NCBI GenBank assembly: GCA_009841635.1
Contig: VXLJ01000001.1
Location: 8,028-72,027 of the forward strand
Length of the DNA: 64,000 nucleotides
Direction of reading: 5' to 3'
From: Gammaproteobacteria bacterium
GTDB lineage: Bacteria; Pseudomonadota; Gammaproteobacteria; Pseudomonadales; Azotimanducaceae
Shown: one piece after another, positions 36,371-45,934 of the stretch
How the letters are laid out: every line of letters starts with the position of its first letter
How positions within the stretch are numbered: the stretch's first letter is position 1
The notes under the pieces: generated by a model
The model's input: the letters and a program-made list of their open reading frames with translations, nothing else
Databases searched by the model: none
What the model was told of the DNA's origin: nothing
Translations under genes and position numbers: made by a program

Positions 36371-37378
36371 TCAGTCGAAACTGAAAACATCGCTGGTGAA
36401 TGCGCTAAAGGTCTGCTTAGCCTCATCAACTGTGATTTGACCTGGCGGCGCGATGATGCTCGTCGTAATACCCTCTCTCGCATGCTGTCGAATTCGCTCT
36501 CGGACTTCGTCAGCTGAACCAATTACCGCGATGGCAGCAACAAGATCGTCGTGCATAGCAGCGGCAGTGCGTTCACGATCGCGTCCGACCCAACCTTCAA
36601 GCAACTCCTTTGCCTCGTATGGATAGCCGCACCAACTCAAAAAGTTGTTGTAGACAGGATTGCCGAAGTAAGGAATAAAAAGCTGACGAAAACGGTCATA
36701 GCCGGCTGCTTTGTCATCGGTGACAATCGTTACAAACCGGTTAACGATTTCAAGATCTTCTAGAGTTCTACCAGAACGCGCCGCACCAATCGCCACGTGC
36801 TCAAGCATCTTTGGCAACGCTGTTCGCGGCCATAAATTGAATATGACGCCGTCACCGTGTTCGGCTGCCATTTCAATCATCTTCGGGCGGAGCGCTGCTA
36901 AGTAGATCGGTACGCCTGGCTCGGAAGGATCTTGCGAATAGCCACGACTGTAGACGGTGTCTAAGTCCGTGAAATTCGTTTTCTCGCCTTTCAAGATACT
37001 GCGAAGTACGATGGTGGTTTCCTTTACGCGAGTCAGCGGTTTTTCGAGCTTTATGCCGTTGAATGCTTGCAGGATCGCTTCGCTAGACGAGCCTAAGCCG
37101 AGGATAAAACGACCTGGTAAGGCTTGCCCAATCACGTCCGCCGACGCTGCAAGCACGGTTGGCGAACGCGTGTAAACCGGCACGATGGCCATACCGATTC
37201 GTAATGTACTGATATGTGCCGCAACCGCTGCTGCGGTTGTCATCCCGTCAGGCGCGCCAGGATCCGCAAGCCAGCCATCGTCGAAACCGTTCGCTTCGGC
37301 CCACTTCACAACCTCTATCGTGTCGGCAAGGGATTGGTTGATCGGCAACGTGACAGCGATACGCTTAGCGAAAGTCAA
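36371..37378 (-). CDS. LLM class flavin-dependent oxidoreductase
   Basis: 335 aa with GRFILGLGSS and the general LLM pattern. Confidence 0.8.
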   Translation of the reverse strand: MTFAKRIAVTLPINQSLADTIEVVKWAEANGFDDGWLADPGAPDGMTTAAAVAAHISTLRIGMAIVPVYTRSPTVLAASADVIGQALPGRFILGLGSSSEAILQAFNGIKLEKPLTRVKETTIVLRSILKGEKTNFTDLDTVYSRGYSQDPSEPGVPIYLAALRPKMIEMAAEHGDGVIFNLWPRTALPKMLEHVAIGAARSGRTLEDLEIVNRFVTIVTDDKAAGYDRFRQLFIPYFGNPVYNNFLSWCGYPYEAKELLEGWVGRDRERTAAAMHDDLVAAIAVIGSADEVRERIRQHAREGITTSIIAPPGQITVDEAKQTFSAFTSDVFSFD

Positions 37379-37517
37379 AGCAAGATTCCAACGGCGGATA
37401 TTTCTATGGGGACGGCGCGGCTAGTCGATCATTGACAGCAACGCACCGGTTAATTGATGCAGCATGATTGGCGTAGGCGAAGCATTGTAAATAGCATGCT
37501 CCCAAACACGTACTTTT

Positions 37518-39179
37518 CTAGAACAAACCACCTATTTCGCCTGTCGGCGACAGTGTGAAATCTACTGCAGCGGGATTTCGCGGCAATCCCGGCATGGTCA
37601 TGATGTTGCCACATATGGCGACCACGAAACCCGCGCCAGCTTTCAACTGCACTTCGCGCACTGTTAGGCGATGACCCGATGCCGCGCCGAGCAACATAGG
37701 ATCGCCAGAAAAGCTGTATTGAGTTTTCGCAATGCAAACCGGTAGCTTCGCGAAACCAAGCGATTCGAATCGCTGTAGATCTTCACGTGATTCACCTAAG
37801 AAGTCGACGCCTTCCGCACGATAAACCTCGCGAGCAACCGATTCAATTTTGGTAGCGAGCGGCTCGTCGTCTTGATACAGCCAATTTGGCCGCTCGGGAG
37901 CTTGTTCGATGCTGGCCATGACCGCCTTCGCTACCTCTATGCCGCCGGGACCACCGTCTCGCCAATGTGTACCTACCACGGCGACACAGCCTAACTCCTC
38001 AGTGATTCGAACTAGTGCTTGTACTTCAGCATCCGTATCAGCATCAAACCGGTTGATTGAAACGACCGGTTCGTAGCCGTATTTACGCACATTCTCGATG
38101 TGTCGCACAAGATTGATCGAACCGCGCTCAACGGCTGCTCTGTTTTCAATCTGCAATTGATCAGCCGCGACTCCGCCATGCATCTTCATCGCACGTACGG
38201 TCGAAACAACCACAATGGCGTCGGGTTTAAGACCGGATTGCCGGCACTTGATATTTAAGAATTTTTCCGCGCCCAAATCGGCGCCAAAGCCGGCTTCGGT
38301 CACAACGACATCGCTCAATGCAAGGGCCATGCGAGTCGCTCGAAGTGAATTGCAGCCATGCGCGATGTTCGCAAATGGACCACCGTGCACCAGCACAGGG
38401 TTGTGCTCAAGCGTTTGAACCAAATTCGGCGCTATCGCGTCTTTCAGTAATACGCCTAGCGCACTTCCCGCACCGAGCTCGGCAGCTGTAACGAGAGAAC
38501 CCGAACTCGCCTCCCCAACGACAATATGGCCGAGCCGACGCTGCAAATCTTGCAGGTCCTCCGCGAGACAAAGCACCGCCATGATCTCGGACGCGGCGGT
38601 GATATCGAACCCCGAATCGCGACGTAACCTACGCCGTACGCGCACGTTGATTTCTCGCAACGCACGATCATTCAAATCGACGACTCGTCGCCAAGTGATG
38701 CGATTCGAATCCAAATCGAGTTCGTTGCCCCAATACAGATGGTTGTCGATCAGTGACGCTAGCAAGTTATGGGCGGATGTAACCGCATGGATATCACCAG
38801 TGAAATGGAGATTGATATCTTCCATCGGAGCCACTTGGGCTCGACCGCCGCCATGCGCACCTCCTTTCATACCGAAACTTGGTCCTAACGAAGGTTCGCG
38901 AAGGCAAGCGCTTGCTTTAACGCCTGTGAGATTGAGCGCGTCAAGCAATCCAACCGTCGTGGTTGTTTTGCCTTCACCTGCTGGAGTTGGCGATACGCCT
39001 GTCACCAGCACTAATTTCCCGCCGCCGTTATTAGCGTGACTTAGGTCACGTTTGCTGACGAGCTTAGCTTTGGTCTCACCGAACGTAACCAGCTCTGTTT
39101 CAGCGATACCTAACTTTTGTCGAGCTACCGCTTGAATTGGATGTAACCTGATTTGGCGTGCAAGTTCCTGATCTAACAC
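37518..39179 (-). CDS. fhs: formate--tetrahydrofolate ligase
   Basis: 553 aa with the signature PTPAGEGKTTTTVGL and conserved blocks throughout. Confidence 0.95.
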   Translation of the reverse strand: MLDQELARQIRLHPIQAVARQKLGIAETELVTFGETKAKLVSKRDLSHANNGGGKLVLVTGVSPTPAGEGKTTTTVGLLDALNLTGVKASACLREPSLGPSFGMKGGAHGGGRAQVAPMEDINLHFTGDIHAVTSAHNLLASLIDNHLYWGNELDLDSNRITWRRVVDLNDRALREINVRVRRRLRRDSGFDITAASEIMAVLCLAEDLQDLQRRLGHIVVGEASSGSLVTAAELGAGSALGVLLKDAIAPNLVQTLEHNPVLVHGGPFANIAHGCNSLRATRMALALSDVVVTEAGFGADLGAEKFLNIKCRQSGLKPDAIVVVSTVRAMKMHGGVAADQLQIENRAAVERGSINLVRHIENVRKYGYEPVVSINRFDADTDAEVQALVRITEELGCVAVVGTHWRDGGPGGIEVAKAVMASIEQAPERPNWLYQDDEPLATKIESVAREVYRAEGVDFLGESREDLQRFESLGFAKLPVCIAKTQYSFSGDPMLLGAASGHRLTVREVQLKAGAGFVVAICGNIMTMPGLPRNPAAVDFTLSPTGEIGGLF

Positions 39180-39445
39180 ACTGTTGTTACCACTGTCATT
39201 CGGCTATTTGAACGTCTTGAATTCAAACTGTGATGGTTTATAACCATATTCGCTTAAGCAATGAGCGAGCTTTCCGGCAATATGCATCGAACGATCTCAC
39301 TCAAAACGGATTTCAGTTGTCCGTTGTCCAGCACACAAAAGATGTGTCTACCCTTTTGTTGGCGCGTGGGCGCACTAATTTTCGAATAGCACTTTGCAGG
39401 TGCAAAGAGTGAGTTGATGCTAACTCTGCGCCGGCCATTTAACGG

Positions 39446-39976
39446 CTAGTCTGTACTTTTGTTCAGATTCTTGATCGTGAAGCGAACAAGTGTGATGAGC
39501 ACTAAAACTATCGCAACAAACTGATATACGTAGCCGAGGTTGTGCTTCCCATAGGTAAACATTGACGCTATCTCAACTTGGGTCCGGCCTACTTCTGGAT
39601 ATTGAGCCAGCATCGCAACGATTTGTACATTCTCCATGAGATCAATTACCCCAACGACTGCAGGAAGAAGAGCTAACCACCATAGTCCTTCCGTCACACG
39701 GCAGCGGTACATCAATCCAGCGAAAAAGGTGACATATACGAAAGGGAAGAGCGTGTCAAGCGTCAAGCTGGCAATGATGTAGTTCATTCGACCATCCGAC
39801 CCATAGCCTCCCAATGCTGAAATGACTTGCTCATAGGAGTACTCTGGTAATAAATCGAGCATGATGCCGTTGATCGGCAAGAACGGAAAAAGGCCGAACA
39901 ACATCACGGCCGTGACGATAAACGTTATGACGAGGATTCTGCTGCTTTCCGCAAATTCCAAATAGGATTTCATCAT
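39446..39976 (-). CDS. hypothetical integral membrane protein
   Basis: 176 aa with five hydrophobic segments. No family recognised. Confidence 0.55.
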   Translation of the reverse strand: MMKSYLEFAESSRILVITFIVTAVMLFGLFPFLPINGIMLDLLPEYSYEQVISALGGYGSDGRMNYIIASLTLDTLFPFVYVTFFAGLMYRCRVTEGLWWLALLPAVVGVIDLMENVQIVAMLAQYPEVGRTQVEIASMFTYGKHNLGYVYQFVAIVLVLITLVRFTIKNLNKSTD

Positions 39977-40397
39977 GATTACGTCCGCCGTAAATCCCTA
40001 AAGCTCGTAGGACGAAAGACGTAACCCTCGCCAAGTCACCCTGGAACTATGGAATAAGCACAAGGGTTGGCATGAATACACAATTCGATCGTTCGTGTAT
40101 TGTGTAACCAAGAATCTAGTTATTTCTCGTTCTAACACCGTAATTCACTTTCGACGGTGAACCACTTTGCTTGCCTTTTCCCCTACGTGGCACTTGTCGC
40201 ATTGGTTCCATCAGCTGTTCATTGCATATCGAGCTGCGAATAACAGCCAACCATGCTAATTTCTGATTTGTTGCAATGTCTCAAATAGTGTTTCTTGCAA
40301 CCCGCACTTTAAGATTCTCTACAATGCTAGTGTCTCAATCGTTGGCGAGATTAAATCGATTGTGGCAACCATTTCATCCGTTTAAGCCTAATTTTCG

Positions 40398-42362
40398 ATG
40401 CTCTCGATGAACTCATCCGCATACTGGATGCAAGCAGCGCGACTCGGTTTCGTAACCATATTGATGTTGTGTGGGACTTATGTCGTTCAAGCCCAGCAGG
40501 AAACAACGCGGACTATTCCATTGTTTTTTTCCTCAGAGAGTTCGCATACAGGTGTATTGAGACTCATCAATCATTCAAAAACGCATGGGCAAGTTGAGGT
40601 CGTAGGGATAGATGACGAAGGCATGTCGGTGGGGCCTGCGACTGTGGATTTGCGCTCGCAATCAAACGTTCTGATCTACGCATCAGACTTGGAAGATGGC
40701 AACGATTTCATCGACGTCGGATTAGGTCGAGGCAACGGCAACTGGCGGCTTCAACTTACGTCTGAATTGGACATTGAAGCAATCGCGTACGCAGAAGCAC
40801 CTGATGGTCTTTTAACGAGTGTGCTCGAAACCGTTAAGGGTGAGGCGGGTTGCTGGCGAATTCCCACGTTTTATTCAAGCGACAACTTCACCAGATCGCA
40901 ACTTCGACTTTCGAATCTCAGCGATTCATCAGCTAATATCGAGATTAGTGGTCGCGATGATCGTGGCAGCGTGAGCGCTATGCCGATTCAGCTACAGCTT
41001 GAACCAAGTACAACGGTTACCCTAAACGCTTTAGATCTTGAAGAAGGCGCAGCCTCGATTTCAGGATCTCTCGGCGACGGTCAAGGTAATTGGCAGTTAG
41101 CCATTGAATCAGACCAGCTACTCACCGTCATGAATTTGCTAGAAAGTGAGCGTCGCATAACCAATTTATCTACTCGCCCCCCATACGCATTAGGACATTG
41201 TTGGCTCGGGACCTCCCTTGCAACGGCCGATCGCTCAATCTCAAAGCAACTAGAAGGATGGGTTAACGAGCCTTGGACGCCCGCAATCTACGGTACGATC
41301 ATAGACGAAAGCGGCGTACGTGCAGTGACCGCATTGGGCGTAAAAAATGTCGACACCAACGAACCTGCAACCGTGCACGATAGGTTATATGTTGGCTCTA
41401 TAACAAAGCCTATGACGGCTCTGTTGGTCGCCACGTTGGTGCACGATGAATCCAACATACTGCCAAATGGTTGGTACACCACCGTCGAGGAAGTATTCAG
41501 TGACGAACTGACGGACATCCATGCCGACTTCCATGCCGTCACACTTAGAGATTTACTGATTCATGAAAGCGGCGTGCAAGAAGATCTAGCCGAATGGCAA
41601 GACGACGATCTCACTACAACGGTCGAACGCCGCCGTATGGCAGCGCTTGCAACGCTGGCGACAGAACCACGCGCTGAAATTGGGAAGGTTTACTACTCCC
41701 ATGCGGGTTACGTTGTTGTTGCTGCGATGATCGAACAGATCACAGGTTCGAGCTGGGAATCCTTGATGCAGGCACGCGTCTTCGCGCCACTGGGTATGGC
41801 GAGCGCTGGATTTGGTCAACCAGCACTATTGAAAGATGCTAATGAACCGTGGGGGCACAAAAGTACAACGTCTCTGCCGGCGGTGACGTGGAAACCAACT
41901 ACCGAAGATGCCGACGCAGTGCTTTATCCGTCTGCTGGCGTCCACGTGTCAATGGAAGATCTAGGTCGTTTCTTTCAATTGTGGATGAACGGCAAAGAAC
42001 CGATGTTATTGGATCGTGAGAAACTGCAAGAAATGACGCGCCTTGGGGTTGATGAAGATGGACGCATAACTCTGTTTACTTCCGGTGGTACGAATAGCGC
42101 TGGCTGGTGGCTGTATCCCCGCGTATTTGGGCATGGTGAAGCATTGAACACCCCAGGTTCTAACGGGAATTGGTACGCCATCGCATGGATCATGCGGGAA
42201 ACTAGCCGCGCTTACTTCGTCGCTACCAACTCTTCGCTACCAGGCACCATATCGCCTTCGCGAACAACGCTGGATCGTGTGCTTACCCCAGCCGTCACGC
42301 GTTTAGCGGCGAGTCCAGCTCGTAGCTTGCCCCCGCAGAACGATGAATCGGCGGCCAACTAA
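40398..42362 (+). CDS. secreted serine hydrolase (beta-lactamase/PBP-like family) with a duplicated N-terminal module
   Basis: Signal peptide, then two homologous modules of about 110 aa, then a class-C-like domain with S-x-x-K (GSITKP) and YSHAGY. Confidence 0.8.
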   Translation: MLSMNSSAYWMQAARLGFVTILMLCGTYVVQAQQETTRTIPLFFSSESSHTGVLRLINHSKTHGQVEVVGIDDEGMSVGPATVDLRSQSNVLIYASDLEDGNDFIDVGLGRGNGNWRLQLTSELDIEAIAYAEAPDGLLTSVLETVKGEAGCWRIPTFYSSDNFTRSQLRLSNLSDSSANIEISGRDDRGSVSAMPIQLQLEPSTTVTLNALDLEEGAASISGSLGDGQGNWQLAIESDQLLTVMNLLESERRITNLSTRPPYALGHCWLGTSLATADRSISKQLEGWVNEPWTPAIYGTIIDESGVRAVTALGVKNVDTNEPATVHDRLYVGSITKPMTALLVATLVHDESNILPNGWYTTVEEVFSDELTDIHADFHAVTLRDLLIHESGVQEDLAEWQDDDLTTTVERRRMAALATLATEPRAEIGKVYYSHAGYVVVAAMIEQITGSSWESLMQARVFAPLGMASAGFGQPALLKDANEPWGHKSTTSLPAVTWKPTTEDADAVLYPSAGVHVSMEDLGRFFQLWMNGKEPMLLDREKLQEMTRLGVDEDGRITLFTSGGTNSAGWWLYPRVFGHGEALNTPGSNGNWYAIAWIMRETSRAYFVATNSSLPGTISPSRTTLDRVLTPAVTRLAASPARSLPPQNDESAAN

Positions 42363-42524
42363 CTAAACTTCACCCGCGCATGTGCGAGGCGTCAAGACGA
42401 TTCACGTAACACGTGTAGCTGTTAGCCGATTCATAGGCTTGCGTAGTGTTATGAGCATGAATTAGAAGCATCACCTCGCATTCGCAGATCACCGTCCATT
42501 TCCAACAAATATGCGCAACACACT

Positions 42525-43517
42525 ATGAAATTAGGCATTCTCTGTGGCAGCGGTCGCGATTGGCGCGATACCATTGAAAAAGTACGCATCGCGGAATCCC
42601 TCGGTTATAGCCTAGTCGCAACCGGTGAAGCGTGGGGACCATCCACGGTACCGTGGATGACACTGCTAGCGACCCATACTGAGAAGATTCATATCGGCAC
42701 ATCTATCCTAAACGTTTTTTCGCGTTCACCGGCCGCCATCGCTCAGGAGTTCGCCTCACTTGAGATGCTATCCAACGGGCGGATGGTGTGCGGTCTCGGT
42801 TCGTCAGGTCATCGCGTCATCGAGCATTTTCACGGTGTGCCTTTCGATCGACCATTACGCCGCATTCGGGAATACGTTGAAATCATCAAACTGCTGCTCG
42901 AGGGCAACGAGCTTCAGTATGAAGGCCAATTGATGCAAATGAGCCGTGGTTTTCGACTGGATTACGAACGCCAACGCGATTCGGTGCCAATCTACATCGC
43001 CGCCATTACGCCAAAGTCCATCAAGCAAACAGGGGAAATTGCTGACGGCATTTTTCCAATTCATTGGCCAAGTGCACGCTTTGCGTCGCTACAAACGGAC
43101 CTAAACGCTGCGGCTGCTGCGGTAGGGAGAAGCGACGTGACGTTGACTGTAGCACCTTTCACCAATGTCTATGTGGGCGATTTAGACGATGAGAACTTAT
43201 GGCAAGCGGCTCGCCAACCACTCTTTCACTACATAAATCGTATGGGCGATTTTTACTGGAACATGCTCGTAGCGAATGGCTTTGAAGATGACGTGCTCGC
43301 ATCGCGCGCAGCATGGCAACAACGTGATCGCGAAGGTGCCTTTGCGTCCATTTCAAAGGAAATGGTGCAAGCAATTCAAGTGATCGGGGGTGCCGAAACC
43401 ATTGCCAGCCAGCTAAAGGAACGATCCGACAACGGTGCGCACGTGCAGCTGATTCCGATGCCGCAAGGAACCACCGCAGAAGTCGAACGACAGCTCGGTT
43501 TATATATCGGTTCTTAA
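42525..43517 (+). CDS. LLM class flavin-dependent oxidoreductase
   Basis: 330 aa with GRMVCGLGSS and the LLM pattern. This is the third LLM paralog in the window. Confidence 0.8.
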   Translation: MKLGILCGSGRDWRDTIEKVRIAESLGYSLVATGEAWGPSTVPWMTLLATHTEKIHIGTSILNVFSRSPAAIAQEFASLEMLSNGRMVCGLGSSGHRVIEHFHGVPFDRPLRRIREYVEIIKLLLEGNELQYEGQLMQMSRGFRLDYERQRDSVPIYIAAITPKSIKQTGEIADGIFPIHWPSARFASLQTDLNAAAAAVGRSDVTLTVAPFTNVYVGDLDDENLWQAARQPLFHYINRMGDFYWNMLVANGFEDDVLASRAAWQQRDREGAFASISKEMVQAIQVIGGAETIASQLKERSDNGAHVQLIPMPQGTTAEVERQLGLYIGS

Positions 43518-43541
43518 ACGCTACAGCCATCAAGCAAGACC

Positions 43542-44765
43542 ATGTCCAACGCAAGTCCTTTTGAATTTCGCGCTATTCAACAAGAAGAACGGCAAGCGTT
43601 CTCAAACGTCGTCAAGTATGTCTTCGCAGATAGCTCAATCGAAGTTAACGAAGATGAAGACAACCTCAAAAATGAATGGACCACGGCCGCGTTTCACAAC
43701 GGCAAGATTGTTGCGACCTCAGGCGGGTACCCATTCACGATGCGGTTCAATGGGAAGGACATGCAAGCGGATGGACTTACCGCGGTGGGCACCGCGCCAG
43801 GCTTTCGTCGTCGCGGTCTAGTTCGCGAAATGGTCACGCAACGGTTGCATCAGGTGCATGAGGATGCAAAACAAAGCGTATCGATTTTGTGGGCTTCGAT
43901 GGGGGCGATCTACCAACGTTTCGGCTACGGTTTGGCGTCCACCCATGTATCGAGTGAATTCGACCCACGGTACGCGTCGTTTCAGTTTGCATCGACTCAA
44001 GAAGGCTATGTACGCATACTCGAAAAAGATGAGGGTTTGCCAATCATTCAAAAGCTGTACGACGTCTTTATCCAAGATCGGACGCTCGATCTGTATCGAG
44101 ACAACGATATGTGGAAGCATCATTTTGGCAATAAAAAACGTCGTTCATATGTAGCAGTGTATTTCGCCGCAAATGACGAACCTCAGGGTTATGTTGCGTA
44201 CAACACACGTGAAGATCGCAAACTCGCTGAAGATGGCGGTCCGGACCAACGCCTTCAGGTGCGTGAGTTCATTTACTTGAACATCACGGCCTATCGGGGG
44301 CTATGGGAGTTTCTGCGCGAGCATGATTTGGTTCGATTCGTGGACATGCAGATGCCGCTGGATGATCCTAGTTTCAATTTGCTCCTTGAGCCGCGCATTC
44401 TCGGGTCGGATGTATGGGACGGCATCTGGCTGCGCGTAGTTGACGCAAGCCAAGCCCTTACTGAGCGAATCTACAACCACGCTGGAACCATTGTCTTAGA
44501 AGTACATGACGATGCGGAATGTCCATGGAATGAAAGGCGATTCCTGCTAGAAACCGATGGCACACGAACTGAGGTAGCAGAAACAAACCAGAGCGCAGAT
44601 GCAACGATTTCGCCTAATGGTTTGGCTAGTCTGCTTAGCGGCAACGCGACGCTCTCACAACTGCATCGTGCCGGCCGGGCGGATGTCGCAGATATCGCAA
44701 AACTAGCGCAGTTTGATAGCCTGTTCGCCACTACATATCGGCCATTTTGTCGCGATGGGTTTTGA
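43542..44765 (+). CDS. GNAT N-acetyltransferase with Eis-like three-domain architecture
   Basis: 407 aa with a GNAT core (VGTAPGFRRRGL) followed by a second GNAT-like region and a C-terminal SCP2-like region. Confidence 0.7.
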   Translation: MSNASPFEFRAIQQEERQAFSNVVKYVFADSSIEVNEDEDNLKNEWTTAAFHNGKIVATSGGYPFTMRFNGKDMQADGLTAVGTAPGFRRRGLVREMVTQRLHQVHEDAKQSVSILWASMGAIYQRFGYGLASTHVSSEFDPRYASFQFASTQEGYVRILEKDEGLPIIQKLYDVFIQDRTLDLYRDNDMWKHHFGNKKRRSYVAVYFAANDEPQGYVAYNTREDRKLAEDGGPDQRLQVREFIYLNITAYRGLWEFLREHDLVRFVDMQMPLDDPSFNLLLEPRILGSDVWDGIWLRVVDASQALTERIYNHAGTIVLEVHDDAECPWNERRFLLETDGTRTEVAETNQSADATISPNGLASLLSGNATLSQLHRAGRADVADIAKLAQFDSLFATTYRPFCRDGF

Positions 44766-44797
44766 CTCGCCGCATCATGTGCGAGTACTGAAGTCGT

Positions 44798-45934
44798 TCA
44801 GCTTTTTACGTCGCTGAACTCTTCGCGAATGCTGCTGGAGTGTTCGCCTAAACGCGGAATTCGCACCTCGTCGTCATTGACTCGGCGTTCGGAATCAGGA
44901 TGCGCAGGCATTCGTATGGCACCCGTTTCGCTTTCAAATCGAGTTCTCCGCAACGCTGGATGTTGCGCGAATGCTGGCATCTCATTGACGACGCCAAAGG
45001 CAATACGAGCATCAGTTAGCAGCTCAACCAATTCCATCTTGGTACGGGCACTAAAAAAATCCTGAACCATGCGATCCACTTCAGCGCGACGCTGCATACG
45101 AATGGGATTGGTGGCGAACTTTGGATGCGACGTCAGGTCCGGTCTATCAAGGACTTGCTCAGTGAACGCCTTCCACTCGCGATCGTTCTGCACGGAAATG
45201 ACGATGGTGACGCCATCGCTCGAGACGAAGCCGCCGTAAGGCGTAATTGATGGGTGTGCTAACCCAACGCGCTCGGGACCACTTCCATGCTCTTCATGCT
45301 GCAATAGGGGTACGCTCATCCAATCGGCTATTACGTCAAACAAAGAGAGTTTGATCGCACGGCCTTCGCCAGTGCGTCGACGAGCAAACAGAGCTTCATT
45401 GATGGCCAGCGCGGCTGAAAGTCCCGTCGAAATGTCGACCAGTGAAACCCCCACCCGACCATATTCGCCAGGTGGACCTGAAATAGAAACCAAGCCTGAT
45501 TCCGCCTGAATAAGCAGGTCGTACGCTTTCATGTCACGATACGAACCTGCTTCGCCGTATCCAGAGATATCACATGTGATTAGGTGAGGGAATTCGGATC
45601 GCAACGTTTCAGAACCCAATCCAACGCGCGTCGCCGCGCCGACCGAAAGGTTCTGGACGAAAACGTCGGACTTCGCAATGATGCGTTTTACTAGCTTGAC
45701 ATCGTCGGTTTTTTTGATGTCGACCGTGAGCGACTCTTTACCGCGATTCGCCCACGCGAAGTAAGCACTCTGTCCATTTGCAGCAGTGTCATAGGTACGC
45801 GCGAAATCGCCAGATTCACGTTCGAGTTTGATGACACGCGCACCCGCGTCGGCTAGTCGACACGTCGCGACGGGGGCAGCAACCGCCTGCTCCAGCGCAA
45901 CTATTGTTACGCCTTGCAGGGGCAGATCGCTCAT
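44798..45934 (-). CDS. family III CoA-transferase (CaiB/BaiF)
   Basis: 378 aa. N-terminal PLQGVTIVALEQAVAAP..TCRLADAGARVIKLE is typical of the family. Its ATG overlaps the permease stop (ATGA). Confidence 0.85.
   Translation of the reverse strand: MSDLPLQGVTIVALEQAVAAPVATCRLADAGARVIKLERESGDFARTYDTAANGQSAYFAWANRGKESLTVDIKKTDDVKLVKRIIAKSDVFVQNLSVGAATRVGLGSETLRSEFPHLITCDISGYGEAGSYRDMKAYDLLIQAESGLVSISGPPGEYGRVGVSLVDISTGLSAALAINEALFARRRTGEGRAIKLSLFDVIADWMSVPLLQHEEHGSGPERVGLAHPSITPYGGFVSSDGVTIVISVQNDREWKAFTEQVLDRPDLTSHPKFATNPIRMQRRAEVDRMVQDFFSARTKMELVELLTDARIAFGVVNEMPAFAQHPALRRTRFESETGAIRMPAHPDSERRVNDDEVRIPRLGEHSSSIREEFSDVKS

Noticed and set aside
39230-39412. 60 aa plus-strand ORF in the fhs upstream region.
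   Set aside because: It has a non-ATG start (GTG), no ribosome-binding site, sits exactly at the minimum ORF length, and has no motif.
39180-39445. ZTP (pfl) or THF riboswitch upstream of fhs.
   Set aside because: I could not find the conserved cores as I remember them (GACUGGCG and CCGCCUGGGC-like for ZTP) on the fhs strand. A covariance-model scan is still needed.
40188-40202. TGGCAC...GC resembling a sigma-54 promoter upstream of the serine hydrolase gene.
   Set aside because: The GG-to-GC spacing is two nt too short for the -24/-12 consensus, and there is no TTGC element.
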